A DNA stretch of 64,000 nucleotides from an uncultured Gammaproteobacteria bacterium (GTDB taxonomy: Bacteria; Patescibacteriota; Patescibacteriia; Magasanikbacterales; GWA2-37-8), in contig CAZECR010000003.1 of the NCBI GenBank assembly GCA_964510495.1, positions 550 through 64,549 of the forward strand, in the 5' to 3' direction. Each line of letters opens with the position of its first letter. Within the stretch, counting starts at the first letter, position 1. Below, piece by piece: positions 1 to 7,752 of this stretch. Position numbers and translations under genes: made by a program. Under the pieces are notes generated by a model that was not told where the DNA came from, did not search any database, and saw only the letters and a program-made list of their open reading frames with translations.

Positions 1-1125
1 ACGATTGATATTTTTGTACACAATACTTTCTGACCGAAGTTCGCGTTCGCGAGACAAGCGTTGTTTTATATCATTGTTTTGTCTTGCTGCTTGTAAGACC
101 TCATCGTCTGCTAGTTCGTCAGCAAATAACTTTTTTGCTTCTTGTTCCTCCGCATCTAATTTTTCATCTACTGCAGCGTATGCTGCTTTAAGGCCTTCGG
201 TCGCTGCCTTACTGCTGTTTTCATTTTTGCTCAGTTTTGCCTGTAAGAGCTGTGCGTCAGCAACTTTTTTTTCGGGATAGAGATTTTCGAGGAAAGAACG
301 AATAGCTCGTTCATCGGGAATTCGAGCTAATTCATTGTCTGCTGTTTTTATGGATAATTCGAGGTCGTGCGCTTGATCAACAAGACGTTTTAAATCTGTT
401 GGCAGCGTTTCGTCCATAGTGATGTCTCCGTGCATTACTTGATGATGCAAAAGAATATCTTTGTCTGTTACCATCCGGTCAGATGTGCTGTTAAAATCTT
501 CCAAAGCCTTTTCAAGCTGTGGTTGCACTAGAGAAAGTTTAAATTCCGCTTCGCTTTTTTCACCTTCCCAAGAAGTTTGTTTAACATCTTCAGGTGTCGC
601 GAGGCGATTGCCGGTGCGATCAATGAGTTTGCTGCGACGTTTAACGTCTTCCAGTTTTTCTTGAGCCAAGAGTGACATTTTTTCATGCACTCGTTCCAAG
701 TTTTCTGCAAACGTAAGTCTGTCTTTTTCTTTTGGAAGTTGAATAATGAGTTTAGCTAAGTCAGTCGCGTGATCATATCCTTGGTCAACCACTTTTTTCA
801 ATTCGTTTGCTGCTTCGTCATCAAGAAAGAAGCCACTCAATTTTTCATGGAGTCCGGCAAGCTGGCCAAGATGCGCTGTATATTCTTCGGTTGAAGCTAA
901 TAAATTTTGTATATTTTTTTTGTAGCTTGGCGGGGGCGTGCCTGTTTCATCAAGATTCTCTAAATCTTCCTGAACGCGACTATTATGGCGTTCCACATCG
1001 GCCGCACTACCTTCAAGTAGGGTTTTGTAGGCGCGAAAAGCATCCTTTAATTCCGTTGCAGTAAGATCAATAATGTTTGACACCTCTTCATCCTGAGTAT
1101 GTTGAGGATGAGTTTCAGAAGCCAT
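1..1125 (-). CDS. Hypothetical acidic coiled-coil protein, 3'-truncated by the window edge. The ATG is at 1125 and the frame is open for 375 codons to position 1.
   Basis: Manual translation of the reverse strand gives an uninterrupted frame, MASETHPQHTQDEEVSNIIDLTATELKDAF...NDIKQRLSRERELRSESIVYKNINR, running off the window. It is missing from the ORF track only because it has no stop inside the window. The short + strand ORFs at 5-280, 461-664 and 807-1064 overlap it and are probably spurious. Confidence 0.5.
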   Translation of the reverse strand, partial: MASETHPQHTQDEEVSNIIDLTATELKDAFRAYKTLLEGSAADVERHNSRVQEDLENLDETGTPPPSYKKNIQNLLASTEEYTAHLGQLAGLHEKLSGFFLDDEAANELKKVVDQGYDHATDLAKLIIQLPKEKDRLTFAENLERVHEKMSLLAQEKLEDVKRRSKLIDRTGNRLATPEDVKQTSWEGEKSEAEFKLSLVQPQLEKALEDFNSTSDRMVTDKDILLHHQVMHGDITMDETLPTDLKRLVDQAHDLELSIKTADNELARIPDERAIRSFLENLYPEKKVADAQLLQAKLSKNENSSKAATEGLKAAYAAVDEKLDAEEQEAKKLFADELADDEVLQAARQNNDIKQRLSRERELRSESIVYKNINR

Positions 1126-1336
1126 ACGTTTGGTACTAAAAAATAAAAGTAGCTTAAGTATATCATTTCTATTTTTGACCGACTATACGCCTGTCAAGGT
1201 TCAAAATGAAACGAGCAACTATAGCATATTTTTGCCGTTTGGTCAACCTTTCTTCCTTACATTTTCCTCTAGTTCCAATTTTTTAGAAGCAGGGGAGAAA
1301 GGGCGGCCGGAAGTGGTGCGGCGCGTCCCAAGGAGA

Positions 1337-2203
1337 TTAAGGGTTGAGTAAGGCTTCCACTTCTTGCCAGGTGCGTACGACGAAGCAATTCGGCGCTTCG
1401 CTGAAGTACCGAAGGTCGTACACTGGAGTGTGCGAATTGGCGATGAGTATGCAGATGGGGTTGAGGTGGAGAAACCGCTGGCGGCCTGGGTGCAGGTCCA
1501 TGTCTGCATTGTCACCGATGAAGACGATTTTGTCTGCGCCGGCGCACAGGGGGTCGAGAACTCTAAAGAGACGCGGGCGCTCTGTTGGAATCGGGCGCTG
1601 GAGGTGCTGGTTGTAGCAGGCCTTTTCTGGCTCTATAACATGCCACTTGTCTGCGTCACCATGAACATGCTCCAGAAGCCAGGTAAGAGATTGCTCTGTT
1701 GGCAAGTTTTTAAACAGATTAGCCAGCTTTGTCTGAGCCTTGCTGGTAGGAGCATTGGTGACGACCTCGGTTGACCAGCCGGCATGTCGAAGCTTGTTAA
1801 GCGTCTCAGCGGCCCCTGGCTTGAGCTCGCTTACACCAAAAGGGTAGCTTTCTTTAAAGATGCGCTGGATTGTGGTGTGGCGAATGGTTGGGTCCATAAG
1901 CGCCCCACAAGAATCCAGGATCTCACCCGCGATGACGCTCGCTTTCAGAAGCTCATCGCAGGCCGAGGCAACGATGACCCCATCACGGAGCCAGCCGTAC
2001 AGATGCGGTGTTCCGTCGATGCGGGCATACCCCTTTTTATACCACTCCTTCATTTCTTCCCAGGTAATTTTTGACCTGAGTTCGGGGAGTTTGGCTAGTC
2101 GAAGGGTAAAAGCGACGGTAAAATTGCCTAATTCCTCCTTGCCTGGAAGCATGGCAATGATTGTTTCGTCGCAGTCCGCGATCAGCAAGCGTTTTGTTGT
2201 CAT
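1337..2203 (-). CDS. HAD-superfamily hydrolase, G+C-rich
   Basis: HAD motif I LLIADCDETII (DxDxT) and motif IV FIGDNADMD. ATG at 2203 is preceded by AGGAGCC. Start trimmed from the track ORF at 2332. Confidence 0.65.
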   Translation of the reverse strand: MTTKRLLIADCDETIIAMLPGKEELGNFTVAFTLRLAKLPELRSKITWEEMKEWYKKGYARIDGTPHLYGWLRDGVIVASACDELLKASVIAGEILDSCGALMDPTIRHTTIQRIFKESYPFGVSELKPGAAETLNKLRHAGWSTEVVTNAPTSKAQTKLANLFKNLPTEQSLTWLLEHVHGDADKWHVIEPEKACYNQHLQRPIPTERPRLFRVLDPLCAGADKIVFIGDNADMDLHPGRQRFLHLNPICILIANSHTPVYDLRYFSEAPNCFVVRTWQEVEALLNP

Positions 2204-2448
2204 GGTGGTAGGCTCCTTATTTTTCTTGCTTGCACGATAACAGCGTTTTTCCCCACTTGTCAACACCCTTGATTTTTTTGTAAAAATATGGTAGGGTTGT
2301 GGCAATTGAACGGTTCTTTCACAACCGCCCAACTATCGAGCCAATTTTTTGCGAAGATTATTGCGATTGTGAAAGAACCTTTTTATTTTTGCAGAATTGT
2401 TGGCCCGAACGGTTTGGGCCTAAAAAGAACACAAAAGGGGAGCGTGAC

Positions 2449-3609
2449 ATGACCAAATTTGAGCTCAAGAACGGTCTCAACGTGGCCAAGGTCTGGTTCC
2501 TTTTCGGGGCAGGCCTCTTCTTCTACGGGGCATTCATGGCCCTTATGGAGTACTGGAAGAAAGTCGGTGGTCTCCATCAGGCGACCATTTTCTTGAACAC
2601 GAGCGTGAGTGCGAGTTTCTCGGCCGGAATCATCGCTGCAGGAATTGTGGTCCGCTACTTTCGGCGGCACCGCAGCGAGATCCGCAAGATCAACAGCGTC
2701 ATGCCGGCACACCTCATCGTTGAGAGTGGTCTGCACACCGGCATCGTGGTCGGCTCGTCCAACGCTGTGTACACCAACACAGGTTGGGCGGTCACGGCTG
2801 GTTCGGGCCTCCTCAAGGGCCTTGCGCTGCAGTTCTCGGCCTTGGTCGACAATATCCTCGTCAAGGCTGGGCTCAAGAAAGCCCCCGATCCCACCAAGCG
2901 CCAGCTCGATACCTGGGCGCTGCGTGTCGCCCTCATCGGGATCGCCCTCATCGTCTGGGGTAAGCTTGATCTTAGCAAGCACTCGAGCCGTATGGGCATG
3001 CTCATCGTGCTCGTCTGCGCCTTCATCTACGCCGGCTCCTATGCTCGGCGCCAGTATCTGGCCGGTCGCTATCGAGTGCTGATCAATCGTCTCATCGAAG
3101 AGCTCCAGCTCACCACCGATGAGGCCAAGGTCTTCAGCGCCATCGCTGAAAAGTGGTGGTTCGCCCTCGAACAGCTGGCCTGCATGCTCTGTGTTGGCGT
3201 CATCTGTTCTGGCTTCGCGGCGCTCTATGCGTATGCCTGGGGTCAGGCCAAGTACCTTTACTTCGCGCCCTGGGTCTTCCTCTCGGGTATTCCGTTCGGC
3301 CTCATGAGCTATTTCGCCGTCATGATCATGGTGTCCGACTATCGTCTGCCAGGCGAAGATCAGCCTGCCTCCATGAAGGCACGCATGGTCATGACCAAGG
3401 GCCAGGGCATCGTCGCCTCACTCATCGGGCCTATCCCAGTGATCCTCTACTTCGGCCTTGACTGGCCCGAGTGGAAGGTCATCGCGGGTTCGCTTGTGGT
3501 GCTGTTCGCGGTGGTGATTCCGTACCTTCCGGATTTCGCCAGCCGTACCCTCGCGCAGCTCAAGCGTCTGCGCCGCAGCTCCACCCCAGCGACGGCGATC
3601 AACGGTTAA
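2449..3609 (+). CDS. Polytopic membrane protein, G+C-rich, unknown function
   Basis: MTKFELKNG start with AAAGGGGAG RBS. Many hydrophobic segments. The track ORF begins at an upstream GTG (2299). High GC produces many spurious overlapping ORFs on both strands. Confidence 0.55.
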   Translation: MTKFELKNGLNVAKVWFLFGAGLFFYGAFMALMEYWKKVGGLHQATIFLNTSVSASFSAGIIAAGIVVRYFRRHRSEIRKINSVMPAHLIVESGLHTGIVVGSSNAVYTNTGWAVTAGSGLLKGLALQFSALVDNILVKAGLKKAPDPTKRQLDTWALRVALIGIALIVWGKLDLSKHSSRMGMLIVLVCAFIYAGSYARRQYLAGRYRVLINRLIEELQLTTDEAKVFSAIAEKWWFALEQLACMLCVGVICSGFAALYAYAWGQAKYLYFAPWVFLSGIPFGLMSYFAVMIMVSDYRLPGEDQPASMKARMVMTKGQGIVASLIGPIPVILYFGLDWPEWKVIAGSLVVLFAVVIPYLPDFASRTLAQLKRLRRSSTPATAING

Positions 3610-3628
3610 GCTCTCCTCCCACCCCCCC

Positions 3629-3663
3629 CGGGCACCGGCAGCATCCACTGCTGCCGGTGCCCA
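3629..3663 (+). terminator. GC-rich hairpin after the membrane-protein gene (cgggcaccggcagc / gctgccggtgccc), no U-tract
   Basis: Inverted repeat read directly from the sequence. Confidence 0.4.
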
Positions 3664-3763
3664 GTCCTCCTCCCCAAACCCCTGGTAGCAAGCTCGTAAA
3701 CGACTTGCTTTTTTTAATCCATTTGCTATACTTGCCTTTGTTAAAAATTAGTGGTAAAATCTC

Positions 3764-3837
3764 GGGCAATTAGCTCAGTTGGTTAGAGCGTTACATTGAC
3801 ATTGTAAAGGCCACAGGTTCGAATCCTGTATTGCCCA
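3764..3837 (+). tRNA. tRNA-Val (anticodon GAC)
   Basis: Cloverleaf by eye: acceptor GGGCAAT/ATTGCCC, D-arm GCTCAGTTGGTTAGAGC, anticodon stem TTACA/TGTAA with loop TTGACAT, T-arm ACAGG-TTCGAAT-CCTGT. No encoded CCA. Confidence 0.85.
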
Positions 3838-3851
3838 CGTAGCCCAGACAT

Positions 3852-3925
3852 GGGCGTGTAGCTCAGATGGTTAGAGCGCGTCACTGATAATGACGAGGTC
3901 CCCGGTTCGATTCCAGGCACGCCCA
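3852..3925 (+). tRNA. tRNA-Ile (anticodon GAT)
   Basis: Acceptor GGGCGTG/CACGCCC, anticodon stem CGTCA/TGACG with loop CTGATAA, T-loop TTCGATT. One C-A mismatch in the T-stem as read by eye. Confidence 0.8.
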
Positions 3926-3996
3926 CATATATGCTTGATACTGTATCGAGCTCCCCTCAGTGTAAAAGATTGGCAGTTTAAAAATAAATACTTTTT

Positions 3997-5265
3997 ATGC
4001 CAAGAATGCGCGGACATGAACTCTTTGGCTTTACCGATCCTTCAGAAGAAGAGTACGCTCCCACTAACGAGGAGCTTAAAGGCGAAGATCGTGCGCGGCA
4101 AATAGTTTTAAACGAGCTTGCTGATATTGATCACGAGCTTGCTCGTCCTACTGAAGACAGATTTACAGGCGAAAAAAATAAATTCGCAGTAACTGATCCA
4201 GCTGTTTTTTGGGATCGTTTGGCATATCTGCGCATCGATCATATTGATACGATTAAAGATCCGGTAGTGCGCAAAGAACTGGACTCGCGCATTGCCATGC
4301 TTGAACAGCGTATTTATAAACAATTTGTTCCATTTATAGAATCACGAGTTGCCGTTTTTGGTCTCCAGCATTCTCCCCTAGAGAACAGCGTGTCGCGAAG
4401 AAAAATACAAGCGGCAGATATCGCCGAGCAATTTGAAGAAGCATACCGAGTGCTTGAGGTATTAAAAATTTCCGAAGAACAGCACTTTGATTTTTTGAAC
4501 GAACTCAATCGTTTACAAGAAAAACTCGATCGCTACCGCAGTGAGGTAACCCTCTTTACATTTGAAAAAATAGAAGAAGAATTGCATAGAGAATTTTACG
4601 ATCTAGAATACGGCGGCTGGTACTCACCGCCAGGGCAAAAAGCGCGACCGCTTGAAGATGCGCGGGCTACCAAAGAGCGGCAAATTGAACTGGATTTATT
4701 AGTAGCCAAGGCACATTCACTGAATCATATTGCCGAAAGAATGTTGCACGAACATATCCGGCTTGATTGCCAAGCGAGGAGCAAGAGTATTCTGGAGTGG
4801 GCTGAGTATTACAAAGCAAAAGCAGAAGCTCCACGCGAAATGTATATTTTGGAAGCAACGCTCAAGGAGCTTTTAGAAAAAGCCAAAAATAAGGAGGATA
4901 TTGACGAGCATAATTTTGAGCAGGCTAAAAAACGCCTTAATGACTTGGAGACGCAGCGGCTTGGTAGCGAAAGTGCCACAATGCTACCTATTTTGAAAAA
5001 ACTTATTCTGGCGATTGAACGCCAGCGAGCGGGTAATTCAACCGATGAGGACGAAGATCGTTTTACTGCTGAGAAAGGCGTGGACTGGGCTTGGGTAATG
5101 CTCGGCGTAGGACGAGATGCTTTGCAAGACGAGGTTAAAAAGGCCTATCACAGCCTTGCACGCACCTATCACCCCGATACGGCTAAAGTAGCGGACGCAA
5201 CAGAAAAAATGAAGCAAATTAATGAGGCTTACGAATTCGTGAAACGAGTAAAAAAATGGAAATAG
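3997..5265 (+). CDS. Protein with a C-terminal J-domain (DnaJ-like, HPD motif) and a long N-terminal domain of unknown function
   Basis: C-terminus VMLGVGRDALQDEVKKAYHSLARTYHPDTAKVADATEKMKQINEAYEFV is a canonical J-domain with HPD. Confidence 0.7.
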   Translation: MPRMRGHELFGFTDPSEEEYAPTNEELKGEDRARQIVLNELADIDHELARPTEDRFTGEKNKFAVTDPAVFWDRLAYLRIDHIDTIKDPVVRKELDSRIAMLEQRIYKQFVPFIESRVAVFGLQHSPLENSVSRRKIQAADIAEQFEEAYRVLEVLKISEEQHFDFLNELNRLQEKLDRYRSEVTLFTFEKIEEELHREFYDLEYGGWYSPPGQKARPLEDARATKERQIELDLLVAKAHSLNHIAERMLHEHIRLDCQARSKSILEWAEYYKAKAEAPREMYILEATLKELLEKAKNKEDIDEHNFEQAKKRLNDLETQRLGSESATMLPILKKLILAIERQRAGNSTDEDEDRFTAEKGVDWAWVMLGVGRDALQDEVKKAYHSLARTYHPDTAKVADATEKMKQINEAYEFVKRVKKWK

Positions 5266-5317
5266 TTATTTTTATGAACGAGGCGTAAAAGTGGGTGTTT
5301 GTTTGCTAAAAATCAAA

Positions 5318-5338
5318 AAGCTGTGTATAGTACAGCTT
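5318..5338 (+). terminator. Weak hairpin between the J-domain gene and lepB (aagctgt gtatagt acagctt), followed by a T-rich tract
   Basis: Inverted repeat read from the sequence. Confidence 0.3.
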
Positions 5339-5360
5339 GCTACTATTATTTTTCCTGCCT

Positions 5361-5954
5361 ATGTCTGACCAACCCCAAAGTCGTTTTTCATCGGCTGTTA
5401 CCAGTGCGGGGCTTTTTTTTCTCGAACTTGTTAAGGTCGTTGCTTTGGCCGGTATCACCATTTTCTTGGTGCGCTATTTTTTATTTAAGCCCTTTTATGT
5501 TAAGGGTGCTTCCATGGAGCCAACATTCTACGAAAAGGAATATTTAATCATCGATGAACTGAGTTACCGTTTGCATGATCCGATTCGAGGGGACGTTATC
5601 GTGTTCCGCCCACCGGAGGATCAAAAGGAATTTTTTTTGAAACGTATTATCGGTCTCCCGGGTGAGCGCGTAAAGGTGGCTGAAGGGCATGTTACAATTT
5701 ATAATGAAGCCCATCCCGAAGGAATAACACTTGACGAAACATATCTGCCCACAGATCTGGCAACTACCGGTGAACAAAATATTGTTTTAAATGCTGACCA
5801 GTACTTTGTACTTGGTGATAACCGGCCTAATAGTTACGATTCGCGCCGTTTTGGGCCGATCGCTCGTTCGAGCATGATCGGGCGTGCCTGGCTTCGCGGC
5901 TGGCCATTTGACCGTGTACAGACGTTCACCGCTCCTACCTATACTAATTTTTAG
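5361..5954 (+). CDS. lepB: Signal peptidase I (S26 family)
   Basis: Motifs GASMEPTF, LKRIIGLPGERV, GDNRPNSYDSRRFGPI. ATG at 5361; the track ORF starts at an upstream TTG. Confidence 0.85.
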   Translation: MSDQPQSRFSSAVTSAGLFFLELVKVVALAGITIFLVRYFLFKPFYVKGASMEPTFYEKEYLIIDELSYRLHDPIRGDVIVFRPPEDQKEFFLKRIIGLPGERVKVAEGHVTIYNEAHPEGITLDETYLPTDLATTGEQNIVLNADQYFVLGDNRPNSYDSRRFGPIARSSMIGRAWLRGWPFDRVQTFTAPTYTNF

Positions 5955-5981
5955 TTGACCGAACACTTAATTGAACTTGCT

Positions 5982-7370
5982 ATGCAAAAAGTTAAAAAAT
6001 CTAAACCCGGTAAAATGTTTGAAAAACGACCTGTCGTCAAAAAAGAAGCGCCTGCTCCAGTAGCGACTGCTGGTGAAAAAAACAAGAAAGCCTACAACGT
6101 CGTGCGCGGTATGCACGACATTTTGCCAAAAGAAGAAAAGTATTGGCTTGCCTTTCAGCATGAAGCTGAAGAATTGGCTGAGTATTTTCAGTTTGGACGC
6201 ATCGAGACACCGATTCTCGAAGAAGCAAGCCTTTTTGTCCGTTCAATTGGGCGTGGAACCGATGTGGTTGATAAAGAAATGTATGTCTTTGAAGACAGGG
6301 ACGGTACCAAAGTTGCACTTCGCCCAGAAGCAACTGCTTCAGTTGCTCGTGCGTATACTGGTAACGGACTTTGGAATCAGGCCCAGCCCCTTAAGCTCTG
6401 GTACTTGGGACCCATGTTCCGCCATGACCGCCCACAGCAAGGACGGTACCGCCAGTTCAACCAGTTGGGATATGAAACTATTGGCGTAAAAGACCCAGCA
6501 ATTGATGCTGAGCTTATTTTAGTTGCCTATAATTTTTATAAGGATCTCGGTATTCCGGTTGAAGTTCGGGTTAACAGTATTGGCACGGTAGATGAACGTA
6601 ATCGGTATAAAACCGAACTTGTTAACTATTATCGCACGAAACGCAGCTATCTTTGTGAAGACTGTCGTCAGCGTCTAACCAAGAACCCCCTTCGCCTGCT
6701 CGATTGTAAAGAAGAGCAGTGTCAGCCCGTTAAAGAAGAAGCGCCACAAATTATTGACTGGCTTACTGAAGACTCCAAAAATTATTTCATGAAAGTATTG
6801 GAGTATCTTGATGAAGTTGGCGTTCCGTATGTCTTGGCCCCATTCTTGGTCCGTGGTCTTGATTATTACACCCACACGGTATTTGAAATTTTTGCCACAG
6901 AAGCAGAAAATGCAGGCAGCCAAAGTGCGCTCGGCGCTGGTGGTCGCTATGATCTTTTGGTTGAAGAGCTCGGTGGTAAACCAGCTCCGGCAGCAGGTTT
7001 TGCACTTGGCCTTGAACGAGCCATTTCTGTCATTAAACAGCAGGGGCAGAACCAGTCACCCAAGTTTGCGGAGAAAAAACCACACGTGTTTTTTGCCCAG
7101 CTTGGTGAAGAAGCCAAACGCCGCGGTCTTAAAATCATTAATGAGCTTAAAGGAAGCGGTCTGCGCATTGCCTACAACTTCTTTAAAACATCGCTCAAGA
7201 CGCAACTTGAAGCAGCAAACGCTCAGGGTGTTGCGTATGTTTTGATTCTTGGTCAAAAAGAAGTTCAGGACAAGACGATTATTATTCGTGATATGGAATC
7301 GGGTGTGCAGGAAATTGTTGATCAGAAAAAAGTTGAACCGGCACTTAAAAAGAAATTAGGGCTGGTCTAA
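5982..7370 (+). CDS. hisS: Histidine--tRNA ligase
   Basis: Class II aaRS motifs (MHDILP, ALRPEATASVARAY, GGGRYDLLV) and anticodon-binding domain. Lys-rich N-terminal extension; the first ATG is at 5982, and the track ORF starts at TTG 5955. Confidence 0.9.
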   Translation: MQKVKKSKPGKMFEKRPVVKKEAPAPVATAGEKNKKAYNVVRGMHDILPKEEKYWLAFQHEAEELAEYFQFGRIETPILEEASLFVRSIGRGTDVVDKEMYVFEDRDGTKVALRPEATASVARAYTGNGLWNQAQPLKLWYLGPMFRHDRPQQGRYRQFNQLGYETIGVKDPAIDAELILVAYNFYKDLGIPVEVRVNSIGTVDERNRYKTELVNYYRTKRSYLCEDCRQRLTKNPLRLLDCKEEQCQPVKEEAPQIIDWLTEDSKNYFMKVLEYLDEVGVPYVLAPFLVRGLDYYTHTVFEIFATEAENAGSQSALGAGGRYDLLVEELGGKPAPAAGFALGLERAISVIKQQGQNQSPKFAEKKPHVFFAQLGEEAKRRGLKIINELKGSGLRIAYNFFKTSLKTQLEAANAQGVAYVLILGQKEVQDKTIIIRDMESGVQEIVDQKKVEPALKKKLGLV

Positions 7371-7401
7371 AATAAGGCTAAAAATGGCCTAAAATATACT
7401 G

Positions 7402-7430
7402 TTGACGCATATTCTGGAGTGGGGTATACT
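7402..7430 (+). promoter_or_regulatory. Sigma70-type promoter, TTGACG-17-TATACT, upstream of rpsU
   Basis: Hexamers and spacing read directly from the sequence. Confidence 0.5.
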
Positions 7431-7474
7431 ATGCATATTAATTACGTAACTCCTTAGAAAGGGAGGTGAACTTT

Positions 7475-7717
7475 GTGGCTGAAATCAAACGAAAGAAAAC
7501 CGAGTCCTTTGAGGCCTTCATGCGTCGCGTTAAAAAACGCTGGCAGCAGTCCGGTAAAATTTTACAGGTCAAGAAGATTCAATTTTACGACGGCGGAAAA
7601 AGTAAAAACATGCGTCGCAAGAGTGCTCTGCACAAACTCGGCGTAGCCGGTAAGATCGAATATCTCAAAAAAATTGGACGTCTTCCAGAAGAACTTGGAA
7701 GAAATTTCAAACGGTAA
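7475..7717 (+). CDS. rpsU: 30S ribosomal protein S21
   Basis: AEIKRKKTESFEAFMRRVKKRWQQSGKILQVKKIQFYD aligns to the S21 consensus. GTG start 7 nt after AAAGGGAGG. Confidence 0.8.
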   Translation: MAEIKRKKTESFEAFMRRVKKRWQQSGKILQVKKIQFYDGGKSKNMRRKSALHKLGVAGKIEYLKKIGRLPEELGRNFKR

Positions 7718-7752
7718 ATTTTATTTAGGGGGATACCTTTTTCCATTGTCCC

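Noticed and set aside
5-1064. Plus-strand ORFs 5-280, 461-664 and 807-1064, plus the minus ORF 528-710
   Set aside because: They overlap a single uninterrupted 375-codon minus-strand frame (1-1125), which is the more parsimonious gene. The short ORFs are low-complexity and have no start context.
2383-3648. Numerous overlapping ORFs on both strands (2383-2982, 2609-3082, 2655-3026, 3119-3307, 3153-3461, 3418-3648, 3471-3773)
   Set aside because: Typical stop-poor artefacts of G+C-rich DNA. Only the + strand frame starting MTKFELKNG has an RBS and a coherent membrane-protein hydropathy.
3852-3925. Possibility that tRNA-Ile is a pseudogene because of a C-A mismatch in the T-stem
   Set aside because: All other arms are canonical. 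The mismatch may be a reading error on my part or a tolerated non-Watson-Crick pair. Kept as a functional tRNA with slightly reduced confidence.
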